Notes: generated from the sequence alone by a model not told the origin. Positions 36,393 through 49,100 are shown, numbered from the stretch's first letter. The stretch: 60,149 nucleotides of DNA from Octopus bimaculoides (GCF_001194135.2 NC_068990.1:86013691-86073839); one strand, 5' to 3'. Program-made: numbers and translations.

Positions 36393-38311
36393 GTGAAGGA
36401 TCTGCTTCTGATCCCCGCAACCAGAAAAACAATCCCAACTACCAGAGCCGCACTTTACCTCAAGGTGAAGTGATGAAGCCACCCCCAGGGAGTATGCCAC
36501 ACCTACGTGACCCAAACATGTCCAATCAACAAGACTCTCCGAGTAACCTCCGGAACCCAGCTGCAAATGGGCCCATGAGAGCCAATCAGGGTTCTCCACA
36601 CCGGCAGCAACAACACCACCTAGGGCAGCCCTTCATGAATGGTGGTAACAGACCGGGTTTTGAACAACGAAATGCTTCTCCTAACAATCAAATTCCTCCA
36701 ACAGATTCTCGCTATCCTGGACCCCTTTCTAGAAGCCCAGATATTAGCAAGCAGCATGATCCATCAGGGAAACCTATGGACAATCGGAACATCGACCCAT
36801 ATCAAAGAATTCCAGAAAATGCCAGACAGGGAAACATCAACAAACAGGACCCGCTGCGATATTCTCGAGCTGGCCCCACAGAAATGGTCAGACATGTCCA
36901 AAACTTACCTGATCGAGGGGCTGCTTATACACCAAGTCCTATTCCACCATATCAGCCAAAAGGTACACCACCACTTGCTAATCAACCTCCTACTTCTGTT
37001 CATTCATCAATGAATAACGCAGTGAAGGATGATCGACCAGTTTCAGTTGCATATCCTGGCAGTCGTCCTGACCGTCAAGATTATTCTGGAAACCAGCTGC
37101 GTCCGAGGTCAGACGAGATAAGTACGGATAAGGTCCGTGAATGGCAGATGAAATATGACTTGGACAACAGTCGAAACTATGGGGGTGTTAATGGCGCTGA
37201 ACAGAATTTCAATCGGTTTGGTAATCACACAGAATCGCCTGAGCAGAAACCCCAGCCATCACACTATGCAAAAATTCGAGCGGAACCTCCTTCTCAAGAA
37301 ATCAGACAAGACATTCCAAAAGCATCGGTCAACAACCAAGCTCGCCAACAGCATTTCTTTGAGAAAACCAAAGAACGTATGCAAGAACCAGCACCTCCTT
37401 TCCACCAGCTGCCAAAGGCAGGAGACCAACATATTGTAAAGAAACCAGCAGTTCCTCCAAAGAAGGTGGCTCTAAAACCAGTGGAACCAATTCCAGCAAC
37501 CACTGATATTGGTCGTGTCAATGTCCAAGAGAATTACGTGTTGCATCAGAACCTCTATAATGCAAGGCTTGGACCTGACGAACATCTGTACATGCCGCCA
37601 ACGTCAACAGCAACTGCAAACAGAATGGTTTATGTTGATCAGGAAGGTTCCTACTTACCACCACCCCCAGAGATTCCACCTGATTTGCCTCCACCCCCTG
37701 CACCTGAAGATCTTCAGGATATTCTCCCTCCACCGCCACCTGATAACATCAAGTATAACAACTACACTCCAGAGAATGTGCAGTGGAATCGGTCAAACAG
37801 GTACTCTGAAGAATTCGGTCGGGTTGATTTCCATGATAATCTCAAAGAAGGCACTACATACCAACACATGGTCCCTAACAACATGAACTCCAACTCCCAC
37901 ACTCAGTACACCATCCAGCAGAACAACTACAACCAGGACCCCCATCCAAACGAGAAGCAATTTGGTCATCAAGGCTTCCTTCCATCCCACACAGGCCCTG
38001 TTAACATGGTCAAGAACAAGAGTGGGCCACCCCTTCTTCCTCCCACACAAGAACAACCTCAGCTTTCTTCAAGTGTCCCCTTTTGGGATGGTGACGAGAA
38101 TATAGACCCTCATGATATAAACAAGCTTAGGGAGCTTGAGATAAAGAAGCTGACCGAGATGAAGTATCGTCAACCACAGGATGAAGACAGACTGAGGAAG
38201 CTCCAGCTGGAAGACGAATTCCAACGCCGTGTCAAAGAAGTTGGTGATAGAGATGAGGATGATGATGATGATGATGGCTCAGAAGCTGGTCACAGTCAAT
38301 ACAGAGTTCAG
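36393..38311 (+). CDS. AFDN: Afadin 1.9-kb exon, Pro-rich disordered region and start of coiled coil
   Basis: 648-codon ORF; TTACAG acceptor, phase 1; ends …KLQLEDEFQRRVKEV…, similar to afadin/canoe; donor CAG|GTTTGA, phase 0. Confidence 0.88.
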
Positions 38312-39013
38312 GTTTGATTTCTTTTTGATTTTTGTTTTTAAATTTATTTTATTTATTTTTTAATTTTTGGTCGGTGTCTGTGAGCAATGTCCTTTTGTTT
38401 TATCTTACAGACTTAGTAAGTGTGAAAAGGGTTGCATTCACCACCCTTTTTCAGGGCCTCAATAACTGATGGGAGGAAGTTATCCTCTCAGAGTTGTTTG
38501 TTATTCAAAGGGCTAGGGAAAATATTCCCTTGCTTGGAAACAGGTGACTGTTGGTGACAGAAAGTGCATCCAGCTGTGGAAAATTTAACTTAACAAGTTT
38601 CATCTGGCCTATGCAACCATGGAAAAGTGGACATTGGAAAGATGAAGATAACAAATGTAATAACGATTTTGATAGATCTTGATCCTTGTTGTGATTGTGG
38701 CCCATGGCCATGCTGTGGTGGTGACCTGGGCCCTGTTCACTAGGTGGCTTGGTTGATGTCCTGGTTGTATACCATTCAGTTTTTTATTCAATCTGTAGAT
38801 CTGTGATGATTTCTACTGAGGCTTGCTATTTCCTCTCATCATCACATCTACTGTTGCTAAAACAACTTCTGCTCTTCTGAAGTTACAAGCTGTGTACCGC
38901 AGCTGCTACAAACCCACCTGTTGCACACACACACTTCTCTTCCCCTCATTGTCCATACTCCAAACACTTCACTATGACTTTAAAACTCTATCCTACAATC
39001 TTCTATTTACTCA

Positions 39014-39121
39014 AGTTCAAACTGAACATCATCCACATTGCTTCACTCAGTCAGGGGTTGGGGGTCTAGTTCAAACTGAACATCATCCACATTGCTTCAC
39101 TCAGTCAGGGGTTGGGGGTCT
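39014..39121. repeat. Near-perfect 54-bp direct duplication
   Basis: AGTTCAAACTGAACATCATCCACATTGC…GGGGTC occurs twice with period 54. Confidence 0.85.
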
Positions 39122-39289
39122 CTAATGATCATGGATACTGACTTGTCTTTTAGGAAACAGTTTGAAAACCATTGTTTTGAGTTGTGTGCTTGTTGTCCAC
39201 TTCCTCACTGTCTCTTCATTTCTTACACTTATTGTTAGCTTTTGGTGTCCTGTATTGATGTATTACATCGCCTGGTATGATAGTGCCGC

Positions 39290-39650
39290 TGGACTGGCTC
39301 TTGTGTGGGTGGCACATAAAATACACCATTTTGAGCGTGGCCGTTGCCAGTACCGCCTGACTGGCCTTCATGCCGGTGGCACGTAAAAGCACCCACTACA
39401 CTCTCGGAGTGGTTGGCGTTAGGAAGGGCATCCAGCTGTAGAAACTCTGCCAAATCAGATTNNNNNNNNNNCACTACACTCTCGGAGTGGTTGGCGTTAG
39501 GAAGGGCATCCAGCTGTAGAAACTCTGCCAAATCAGATTGGAGCCTGGTGTAGCCATCTGGTTTCACCAGTCCTCAGTCAAATCGTCCAACCCATGCCAG
39601 CATGGAAAGCGGACATTAAATGACGATGATGATGATGATGATGATGATGA
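39290..39650 (+). mobile_element. SINE-like repeat, family B, containing a 10-N gap
   Basis: Family B consensus with (GAT)n tail. Confidence 0.75.
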
Positions 39651-39700
39651 TATGATGATTATATATTGGTGTATCAAACCATGTTTTCAATAAACCTTGT

Positions 39701-40035
39701 GAAGGCGCATGGTTGAGTGGTTAGAGCATTGGGCTCACAATCCTGAGGTAGTGAGTTCGATTCTAGGACTAGGCTGTGTGTTGTGTTCTTGAGCAAGACA
39801 CTTTATTTCACTTTATTCCTGTTAACTCAGCTGTAGAAAAGAGTTGCAACGTCTCTGGTGCCAAGCTGTATCGGCCCCTTTGCCTTTCCCTTGGATAACA
39901 TGAGTGGCATGGAGAGGGGGAGGCATGGTATGCATGGGCGACTGCTGGTCTTCCATAAACAACCTTGCCCAGACTTGTGCCTTGGAGGGGAACTTTCTAG
40001 GTGCAATCCTATGGTCATTCATGACCAGAGGTCCT
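39701..40035 (+). mobile_element. tRNA-derived SINE, family C, near full length
   Basis: GGCGCATGGTTGAGTGGTTAGAGC A-box, GAGTTCGATTC B-box; matches the 52017 copy. Confidence 0.75.
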
Positions 40036-40214
40036 CCTCAAACCATATTTCTTTGTATCACTTTGTATATCAGTCCATTTGACTGTGTGACAGTGTATAC
40101 AGCTGGCCTATAAGTAGCAACACCTGATCTGTTAAGCTATCTATTGTCACTCCACCTGGCCATTGTTTCTCTTTGTATCTAATTGCTTCTTTTTTTTGCT
40201 CTCTGTCTCCACAG

Positions 40215-40336
40215 AGTAGAGAATGGCTGATTAACACTATGCAGGATGACCTCCAGAAGATTCTTAACCGGCTTCGACAGATGGAAGAAGACCAAGCGAC
40301 TGAAGAATATGAAAAAGAAAAAGACAGAATGAAGTG
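40215..40336 (+). CDS. AFDN: Afadin exon, coiled coil (SREWLINTMQDDLQKILNRLRQMEED…DRMK)
   Basis: CCACAG acceptor, phase 0; the phase-2 donor is ambiguous (40333 or 40336). Confidence 0.75.
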
Positions 40337-41177
40337 GTCTGTTGGTTTTTCTGGCTTTGCAGATTTCATTTTTTAGGGCTTTATTTTTCCCTTGGAGTTT
40401 TCTCAAGAACTATTTGTCAGTGTTTGCACTCGAAGGAGAATTCACTTATTGTAATATATGACATTGTACTCTTGATTGTCACCTCAAAATTTAATCATCG
40501 TTTGTTTATTACAATACTTCTCAGAAAATCCATCTTGATGAGTTGGGAGAGAGTTACCACTAGAAGTGTGAGAAAAGAGGGGTTAAAATAATGCGGCAAT
40601 GTTGCATAATATTGATGTACAAGCTTGCTACTTAATTCCTAAATTTGCCTTGTATTTTTTATTCTTGCAATATAGAAATGTGTGCAATTTAATCACTTTA
40701 TTTCCTGCTTCCTTTGTATTTCTTGTGAGACAAGCCATAGGGCTTATGAGAAAAGACAGCTGTTGCTATGAAGACTTTTTTTTCTTGACCTTGATATGGG
40801 CTTACATATAAAACATCGAGGAAGATAAGAGATGCTGCATCTCACTGACCAGATAACCTGGTTTAATTTTCAGTGTCCTGAGAATGCAACCAGCCTCTGC
40901 TAGTATGGGGAAAAAATGTTAAAGCAATGTTGATGGTAGTTATGTAGCTAAAAGGCATCCACCTAAGAGTGGAATGGATCAGTAAAAGCGAAAATAGAAC
41001 CTAGTTGTTAGACTATCTGTTTAGTACACTTTTATATTGGGTTGTACGGATCTGTGAATCCTTATTATTGTGTGATTTATTGTTGAAGATAATTTCTGTC
41101 TTTTGTTATTTCTCATTCATGAAGAATATTGACTTTCTAAAATTTTTTTTTTTTTTTACCCAATTTCTTTTTCTTAG

Positions 41178-41292
41178 CCTTCGTCAAAGGCTTGAAATCT
41201 TTGAGAAGGAAAAGGCTGAAGATCAAATTCGTCAACAGAAACGGCAACAACGGAAACAGTCAGAACAGGAACAACACCTTCAGAAACAAAGG
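41178..41292 (+). CDS. AFDN: Afadin exon, coiled coil (LRQRLEIFEKEK…LQKQR)
   Basis: CTTAG acceptor, GTACAT donor, phase 2/0. Confidence 0.82.
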
Positions 41293-41561
41293 GTACATTA
41301 AATTATTATTATTATTATTATTATTAAAGTGGTGAGCTGGCAAAATCATTAGCACACTATGCAAAAATGCTTAGTGGGATTTCATCTGTTTTAACATTCT
41401 GGGNNNNNNNNNNNNNNNNNNNNNNNNNNNNNNNNNNNNNNNNNNNNNNNNNNNNNNNNNNNNNNNNNNNNNAAATCAGTGCCAGTTGAACACTGGGGTT
41501 GATTTAATCAACTTTGCTCTTCCTCTGAAATTTCTGGCCTTGTGCCAAAATTTGAAACCAT

Positions 41562-41778
41562 ATGTTGCCAGTACCGCCTGACTGGCCTTCGTGCTGGTGG
41601 CACGTAAAAGCACCCACTACACTCTCGGAGTGGTTGGCGTTAGGAAGGGCATCCAGCTGTAGAAACTCTGCCAGATCAGATTGGAGCCTGGTGCAGCCAT
41701 CTGGTTCACCAGTCTTCAGTCAAATCGTCCAACCCATGCTAGCATGGAAAGTGGACGTTAAATGACGACGACGATGAT
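41562..41778 (+). mobile_element. SINE-like repeat, family B
   Basis: Family B consensus. Confidence 0.75.
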
Positions 41779-42383
41779 CCTTCATTTGGCTATAATTTGA
41801 CGTGTTTTCTGCTCTAGCTACGGGTTGACTGATGCCTTGAGAGTGGTGTTTTGTAGACTCTGTGTGCCAACTGTGTAGCAGCCCATCAGAAGCAACAACA
41901 CTTGTTTTGAGATGGTTGACTTATCCTTCAAATTGTGTAAAGCTCCACCTTGCATGTTGTTGCCTTTAGTGGAGTCTGTGAGTGGGTTTGGTTGGTGAAA
42001 ACTGAAAGAAGCCCATTGTGTGTGTGTGTGTGTTCGTGGATCTTTGTTTTGACATCGTGCAGTAGTTATGAATGAGTGTCACTGCTATACAGGCAATATG
42101 GTGATGACACAGTCCTTCATTTCTAATCTTCTGTGAAAGCCTATCTGGCAAAACGAGGAAATATTATCTTGCTCAGAAACAAGTGAGGGTTGATGACAGA
42201 AACGGTTTGGCCTGTAAAAAGTCTACTCTAACAAATTCTGTCCAACTCGTGCCAGAATAGTAACAAAAATGGGCATGAAAATAATGTTGTGTGCTGTGTT
42301 TAATTGTATAGTGTTACAAACAGGATAAATAAAACTTGGGATGCAAAAGTATTCATATCATTTCATTTAGCTGTGGGACTACA

Positions 42384-42609
42384 TTAACCCTTTAGCATTC
42401 AGATTATCCAGTCAAATATAATGCTTCTTTATTCACATTGTTTTGAATTAATCATGAATTATCTCATTGCTTTAAAATTTTGATGATATGATAATTATTT
42501 TTGAATGACATTGTAGTGCAGGTGTGAGAGACTGGATCTGACTGGTTTCAACGTCAAACATGTTGAATATCTGGGACAGATATGGCCGGTTTAAATGCGA
42601 GAGGGTTAA
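42384..42609. mobile_element. TTAA-flanked MITE, family 1, both ends present
   Basis: TTAA-CCCTTTAGCATT … AATGCGAGAGGG-TTAA. Confidence 0.7.
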
Positions 42610-42684
42610 GGGACTCAAGTTTGGTGGAATTTCGTGTATTGCGGTTATATAATGAGGTCTTTTGCCTTTGTTGTTTTGCTTCAG

Positions 42685-42798
42685 GAAATGAGAGAAAAAC
42701 AGAGAAGAGATATTGAAGAACAGAGAAAGTTATATTTGATGGAAGAAGAAATGATGAAAGATAGAAAAATCCAAGAACTTCGTAGGAAAAAAGAAATG
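42685..42798 (+). CDS. AFDN: Afadin exon, coiled coil (EMREKQRRDIEEQ…RRKKEM)
   Basis: TTCAG acceptor, GTTAGT donor, 38 codons, phase 0/0. Confidence 0.85.
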
Positions 42799-43071
42799 GT
42801 TAGTGTTAGCTTCGTTTAGACTTGGTTTAATGTTTCCGCTATAGTTGTCTCTTCTTTTACTGTGACCTCACTCATTCATTTAGGTTTCTGGAGCTACCAC
42901 TCCTCATTAGATCACTGGTTCTCCTTCAGACAAATATCAGGATATTCCTACCCCAAAGATATTGGTGAACTGTTTTCCCTACCCATCCACCAACTCCTCT
43001 TAACATTTTTGTTACCATATTTCTTTTTGAAATTCACTGCTTTTGATCCAGTTAATTTTGAAAATAATAAA

Positions 43072-43380
43072 GATCATCATCATCATCGTTTAACGTCCGC
43101 TTTCCATGCTGGCATGGGTTGGACGATTTGACTAAGGACTGGCAAGCCAGAAGGCTACACCACTCTCCAATCTGATTTGGCAGAGTTTCTACAGCTGGAT
43201 GCCCTTCCTAACGCCAACCACTCCAAGAGTGTAGTGGGTGCTTTTACGTGCCACCGGCATGAGGGCCAGTCACATGGTACTGGCAACAGCCACGCTCAAA
43301 AAGGTGTTTTTTACATGCCACCTGCACAGGAGCCAGTCCAGCGGCACTGGTAACTACCTCACTCGAATGATTTTCAACCT
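43072..43380 (-). mobile_element. SINE-like repeat, family B
   Basis: Reverse complement of the 41562 copy. Confidence 0.75.
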
Positions 43381-44092
43381 TGCTCAAAATAACTTTTTTT
43401 TACTATCAATGTGGGGTTTACAACATAAATGAGCAAGAAATTTTGATGAAATGTCTTAATTTAAACAGGAAATTAGTAACACAGATCTTGGGCAGTCTTA
43501 GGCAGTTGATCTCAAAAAAAGTTAATGATACGGTAAAATAGTTTGCAACCAGGCAAGTCTTTCTTCTTTGTCGTGGTGTTATGCGAATTTAGAAAGTTTC
43601 AAACCAGCTTAATTCTATTCAACATGCTAATTTGTTGACAAACTTTTCAATCCTCTGCAACCAATAAAAATGCTGCATTTAGTTGTTTTCATACCTTAGG
43701 ATGTAATTTTTGGGTAATATATGAATGGTCTGTGAGCCTGGTCGAACCATGTTACCGTTCCTTCTAGGAGTTGAAAACATGACTTTAAATTAGCAAAACT
43801 TCTACTGAAATGTTTTTCAGTTTTGCTCTTGCTGCTTATAAATTGTGTTGTTCCCACTCTGTGGTACCTAAATACAGCTCAGTTGACTGAGCCATTTGTA
43901 TTTTTGACACAGGCAGCACAATGCTGATGGTTGGCTACAAACAATCACTACCACTAATACCCTGTTGATCTACTCACCCCCACGTAGGCTCTAAATCTCC
44001 ATTTATTCTCTTAATCATTGCAGCAATTTTTGTAGAGGTGGAGTAGGATGTTTCTTCTAACATACTAACCATTTTCCTTTTTTCCATTCCAG

Positions 44093-44977
44093 GAAAAAGA
44101 ACAAATCCTTGCAACACGAGAAGCTGAAGAATTCCGTCAACAAGCTGAACAAAAGCGCTTGGAAGAGAAACAGCTTCAGGAACAAGCTGACAGACAGATG
44201 GGCCGATACTCAAACATATCCAAGTCGAATATCAGCTCTAAAATGTATTCAAATAATACTTATACAGAACATGGTCCCAATCTGACATACCAAACAGCCC
44301 CTGAGAAGAACTTCACAGCAGCACCACAGCCTCCTGAGAGAGGGTCTTCATTTGAAACCCTCAACCAATACCAGCAGCGTAATTTGATAAAACCTCTCCC
44401 TTCTGATCAAATGCCCCCTGATCACAACAATATGGGTAAAAGTGTTAGCACATCTGCTTTGCGAACAAACCAGGATGTGACGGCCCCTAAAAAGTCAGTT
44501 TCCTTCAATACTCAGCTGGAAACCCGGATCAGTGCTGCCTATAGCGATGATGAACGATCATCCAACCCTTCTTTCCGTTCTTCTGGTGAGTTTTCCCCAA
44601 ATCTCAGCCCCTCTTTCCTTGGAAACAATGAACCATCTGAATTGTCACCAAAAGTGAACAATGAGGTATTCACTCAAGACTCTCACCAATCAACACCACC
44701 ACCACCTCCTCCAGCAACAACAAATTCAGTTGAAGTGCACTATAGGGTTGCTGAAACCCCTGGTGTGATTGGTGGACAGGAAATCTATCGCGACCCCCGC
44801 ACAAGAATCCAAGCAAAGAAAGCTGCTATTTCTATAAAATCTCCCGGCCCCGAACGGATGTCATTTAGGGATAAAATGAAATACTTTGCGCAAGAGGCCG
44901 GAGAAGGCACTCCGAAGGAGAAACCGAAAGCATCTCGTGTACAAAGGGATATAGAATATGCTATGAATGGTCAATGA
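44093..44977 (+). CDS. AFDN: Afadin terminal coding exon (…PKKSVSF…PGVIGGQEIYRDPR…PERMSFRDKMKYF…MNGQ*)
   Basis: TTCCAG acceptor after a CTAAC branch point and pyrimidine tract; open frame to TGA; C-terminal motifs typical of afadin/canoe. Confidence 0.92.
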   Translation, partial: EKEQILATREAEEFRQQAEQKRLEEKQLQEQADRQMGRYSNISKSNISSKMYSNNTYTEHGPNLTYQTAPEKNFTAAPQPPERGSSFETLNQYQQRNLIKPLPSDQMPPDHNNMGKSVSTSALRTNQDVTAPKKSVSFNTQLETRISAAYSDDERSSNPSFRSSGEFSPNLSPSFLGNNEPSELSPKVNNEVFTQDSHQSTPPPPPPATTNSVEVHYRVAETPGVIGGQEIYRDPRTRIQAKKAAISIKSPGPERMSFRDKMKYFAQEAGEGTPKEKPKASRVQRDIEYAMNGQ

Positions 44978-46066
44978 CCTACTGCAAATAAGAATTACAA
45001 AAATTGACATGGAAATATTTGGTAAATAAAGGAGCCATTTGGCTTGAGGGGTGAGAATTGGGAGAGGGTTGTGGAGTGAGATGGGATAGCAATTTCTTCC
45101 AAAATTTAGTGTGTGTGTGATTTACACACTTCTCACTCCTTCATAAATGGCATTTAGTTTTTTTGTTTTTTTTTTTGCATTGTATTTTTCTTCCTCTGGG
45201 ATATTAACTGTACATTATGCTCCAGAAGTGAGGCACAAACACTGCTGTCCATCAACACCCCCCCCCCTTTTTTTTTTTTTTTTTGGATAGTCAAAACAAT
45301 GATATATTATTTTTATTTTGGGCCTTGTGCCTAATGTTAGGAATTATTACTAATATTGTTATACAGGATAAATTCTTTATTTAAAAAAAGAAAAAAAAGG
45401 AATAAAAATACATAGTTGACTATTTATTACCGAAAATAATGACTGCCGCTGCCACCAAGTTCCTGGATCTGTCTTTCTGATGTAAATAAACATAATAAAA
45501 ACAATAAAAATGAGGTTATCTCATTTACCTGCAGCAGTAAATATCAATAAAATATATTTTAAAAAGAAATTTCAATTTTTTTTTTTCACATCTCGTCCTG
45601 CTGTGTCTGTAATTTATGTATGATGGGGGGGGGTACTGCGATAAGTAGTTGATAACACTACTACTGTGTACATACTGTACATTATAACAGCCTGGACTGT
45701 CCAGTATAATAGATATTTGCATTGTAGAGCATTGTGAGGCTGTCCAGTACAGTAATGTCTACACGTAGCTTTATGGACAGTTCCATATAGCATCACTTTA
45801 TAATGTTGACCTAACATTATACATTTAACTGTATGATATATCTGTACACATTTGTATAGACTATCCAGTACAGTATACTGCTATAATGCAGCCCAAACAT
45901 TACAACTGTACAGTAACCTGTACTGCTTACTATATCACTGAAGTTGTTACCAAGCTACATCCACTGCAGAGTATAGCTCTTTACCTCCAAAGACCTTCTT
46001 AAAATCATAGTATGCTTTTTTTTTTGTTTGTTTATTTTTAAGTGATGTTTTCTCTTCTCTCTTTCT

Positions 46067-46113
<47 letters not shown>

Positions 46114-49100
46114 CTATAACAATATGAATCAGACTTACTGGTCAACTCAGTAGATATTTGTTGTAGATCTAATTTTTTTACATTACTATTTTTGTTGTTA
46201 GATTTAATATTATAAGTAAACACAAAATTTGGTGTCCCAAAACCTATTAGTTTAATGTATTTGGATTACATATTTCCCATAGAAATCCTGCTTATCAAAT
46301 GTATAGGCACATAGCAGACTCAGAAAGTGTGTGCTAAGACCTTTCCTTTATTTTATATTACTGTCTACTACTTCTTCAAATAACTTAGCATGTGTTGAAC
46401 CTATTCTGCTTTCTGTGATTACAATTTGAAGTCTAATAACTATATATATATATATATAGTAAATATTGGTGCCTTGTTGTACCACTCATCTGAATTTATA
46501 TATATGGAAAAACTATCTTCATACAAACATTGGATATATAAAGTGTATTGTATTCATTCAGCTGTCCCCATCTGGTTTATCTGACTTGGTCAAAGTAATT
46601 TACATGGGTCCAGCTACTGATACATGTGAAGAGGTAGGGTGGTAGTGACCAGTGGAGCTGAACTGTTGTGAAAAATAGTTGACGATTCTCCAATTAAAGG
46701 TGGTAATTTTATGATTGGTAACTCATTTTTAGTGAAGTAAATTCAGATTTTTCTTTTGGAGTTTAATTTTTAATAAATAATTCAAATCACTACTTTTAAT
46801 TTAATGAGAACAAATCTGGTGGGTTTGCAGAATTAGTAGAGCGTTGGGCCAAGTATCTTGTGATGTTGATATCCTATAATGGTCAGAATTTGAATCCTGT
46901 TGAGACTGCCTTCCTTGTGGGGCAGAGGCAATAAAAAAAAGGTACAGAACAAGCCCTGGGGTTGATAAAATATGGACTGGTCAAGTCTTGGGCTTGAAAT
47001 AATTGACCAGCTCCTCCCTAAATTAATCTTGTACCTGTATTAGAAATCCTTTTTGCATTCAGATATCTTTTAGTTCTCGTTAAGAGGTTGTCAAATCAAT
47101 TTTTATTCTTTTCATTCAGCCATGATATTTAGTTAGCAAGATTATTTGTATTGTTGAAATAACCTTTGTTAAAAATGTAAAGATTGAATATAAGCGTTTA
47201 TCATGGTCATTGTAGTGGTAGGGGTCAGTCGGTTGGGTTAACAAAATTTGTTTCCGACATGGCTCATCACCAGTTTCCTCATATTTTGTTTTTTTCAAAT
47301 TCCTAAAATCTGTAGAAAATCCTTTTTTTCTTCCAGGCATTGGCTTCTTGTTCGGCCTTAGTCAACTCTAATCCAGTAAACCTGTGACTGAAAGCATTTC
47401 AGCCATGGCCATCACTTCATATTGTCTTGTGTCTCTAGGACATTATCTTGTGTCCTTCCATTTCTGGAGATCGCAAGGTGAAAAAGACTTGGCTGTTATT
47501 TTTAGCCAATCAAGTGACTACATAGTCTCTATTGTTGGCTCTCTGCTTCTCTTGGCCAAAGTCAGTAGCTAGGTAAGAGAAGACCTACCAAAGCTAATTT
47601 ACTGTGATCACTCTGCAAGGATACATTTTTGAAGTGACCGAATAACCTACTGATAGAAAACAACCCATTATTTCATCTGTTTATTCAATGTTGTTAGATT
47701 ATTCATCTGCAAAATAAATTGTACCAAATTCCTCTTTGTCATGTTCTTTGAGAGAGATGTAAAAAAATATTTAAAAAAAAAAAGAATGTAAAATGAGAAA
47801 ATTTAACTTGTTATAATTTTCTCTTCAGTTTTGTTAGATGGGAGTGAGAAAGAGGAATGTTCCTGCTAAATCATGCCATGGTTCTTGCCAATAAATTCTT
47901 TGAGTGTAGATATGGAATAAGTGGATTCTTGGTGTCAATTTAAAGATTTTAACTGACCATGGTGGATAAATCAAACATGAGAAGTGGTGGAAGGCAAACA
48001 TAACTGTATAAAATACAAGCAGTTGTTTAACCATAGGTCATCTCTGATTGAGCAGCAGTAATATAGTCAAAGGTATTCAAACCAGGATGATCTTGGCATT
48101 TTAAGGATTTGTGTGTTTCCCTTTTTTGTTTTGTTCACTACCCCTCAAAATAAGGGTATAATTTGAGGGAGATTTGACTGCTATTTGTAATGTGTTTAGC
48201 GACTGCTTAGATGTTCCTGTGATGGTTAAATACAATCTGACTGGAATTTCCTAACATTTCTAGCAGCTGTTATAATAATAATAATAATAATAATGATGAT
48301 GATGGTTTTAGAAGGATCCTGGCTAAATAAGTGATAAATTCCAGCTGTCTCTGCTGAATCTTGGATGCCAGGGGATTTTTTTTTTTTTTTAAGCATTAGT
48401 AAGAGACCTGTGATAGATAAATAACATATAATCATACACATACTAAGACATAGAGAAACTTTGAAATCTGCCTCAGTAGATTCCTTTCAATTTGTTAACA
48501 TTTGTGTTATTGAAGTTGGTGCAGTGATTCAGAAGAATCAGGTGAGCATTGGACCAAATGGTTAGAGACTGGCAAAAATCGTTATAAGTTCAAATTCTGT
48601 CCAAATAAACTTTACCTTTCAGCTTTCTGGAGACATAATTATCATCATTTAATATTTAGATTTTAGTCAATCTTGGGTCAAACAGACAAAAGTGTTTCGA
48701 CTATGAATTTCCTGTATTTTTTTTTTAATATGAATTTTTTAAATTTTTTTGTCAGTCTTAGTTCATCTTGGGCTATAATATATATTGTGTCCTTCCATTT
48801 ATAAAACAGACGTAGTGAGTTGTAAGGGAGATTTCAATGCTATTACTAACAGGTTGGGTGGCCTCATTCCAGTCAAGTATCAATACAATTTATTTACTCC
48901 TCTCACAAAGATGTATACCAATTCCACTCCAGGCCATTCTAATTAAATCTTTGCATTCTCTTCTGAAAAACTGTTTATAAGCCAAGTTGTAAATATTCTT
49001 GAAATGTTTGTTTGGTTTCCAATTCCTGCTGAAACTGCTTCTGTTGTTCTTTGAGACTTTCTCCTGTCACCTACAAAAATCAACAAAGAAGCCTTGATAA

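Larger units (their letters stand above)
6968..44977 (+). other. AFDN: Afadin (AF-6/MLLT4/canoe) gene span, 5'-incomplete; about 1,980 codons in the window
   Basis: 19 exons join with consistent phases into an FHA-DIL-PDZ-Pro-rich-coiled-coil protein. Motifs such as LPYLVE, FKLAPTY, FWMANASE, RCRVNAALTIQLFSQLFHFIN, QGAIYHGLATLLSQPSP and PERMSFRDK match afadin/canoe. Confidence 0.95.

Noticed and set aside
39400-39540. ~70-bp direct duplication around a 10-N gap
   Set aside because: Almost certainly an unmerged contig overlap inside a SINE.
43917-44039. Possible extra phase-0 exon (HNADGWLQ…IFVE) before the last exon
   Set aside because: Weak donor (GTGGAG), a hydrophobic sequence that does not fit the coiled coil, and it overlaps the last exon's branch region.
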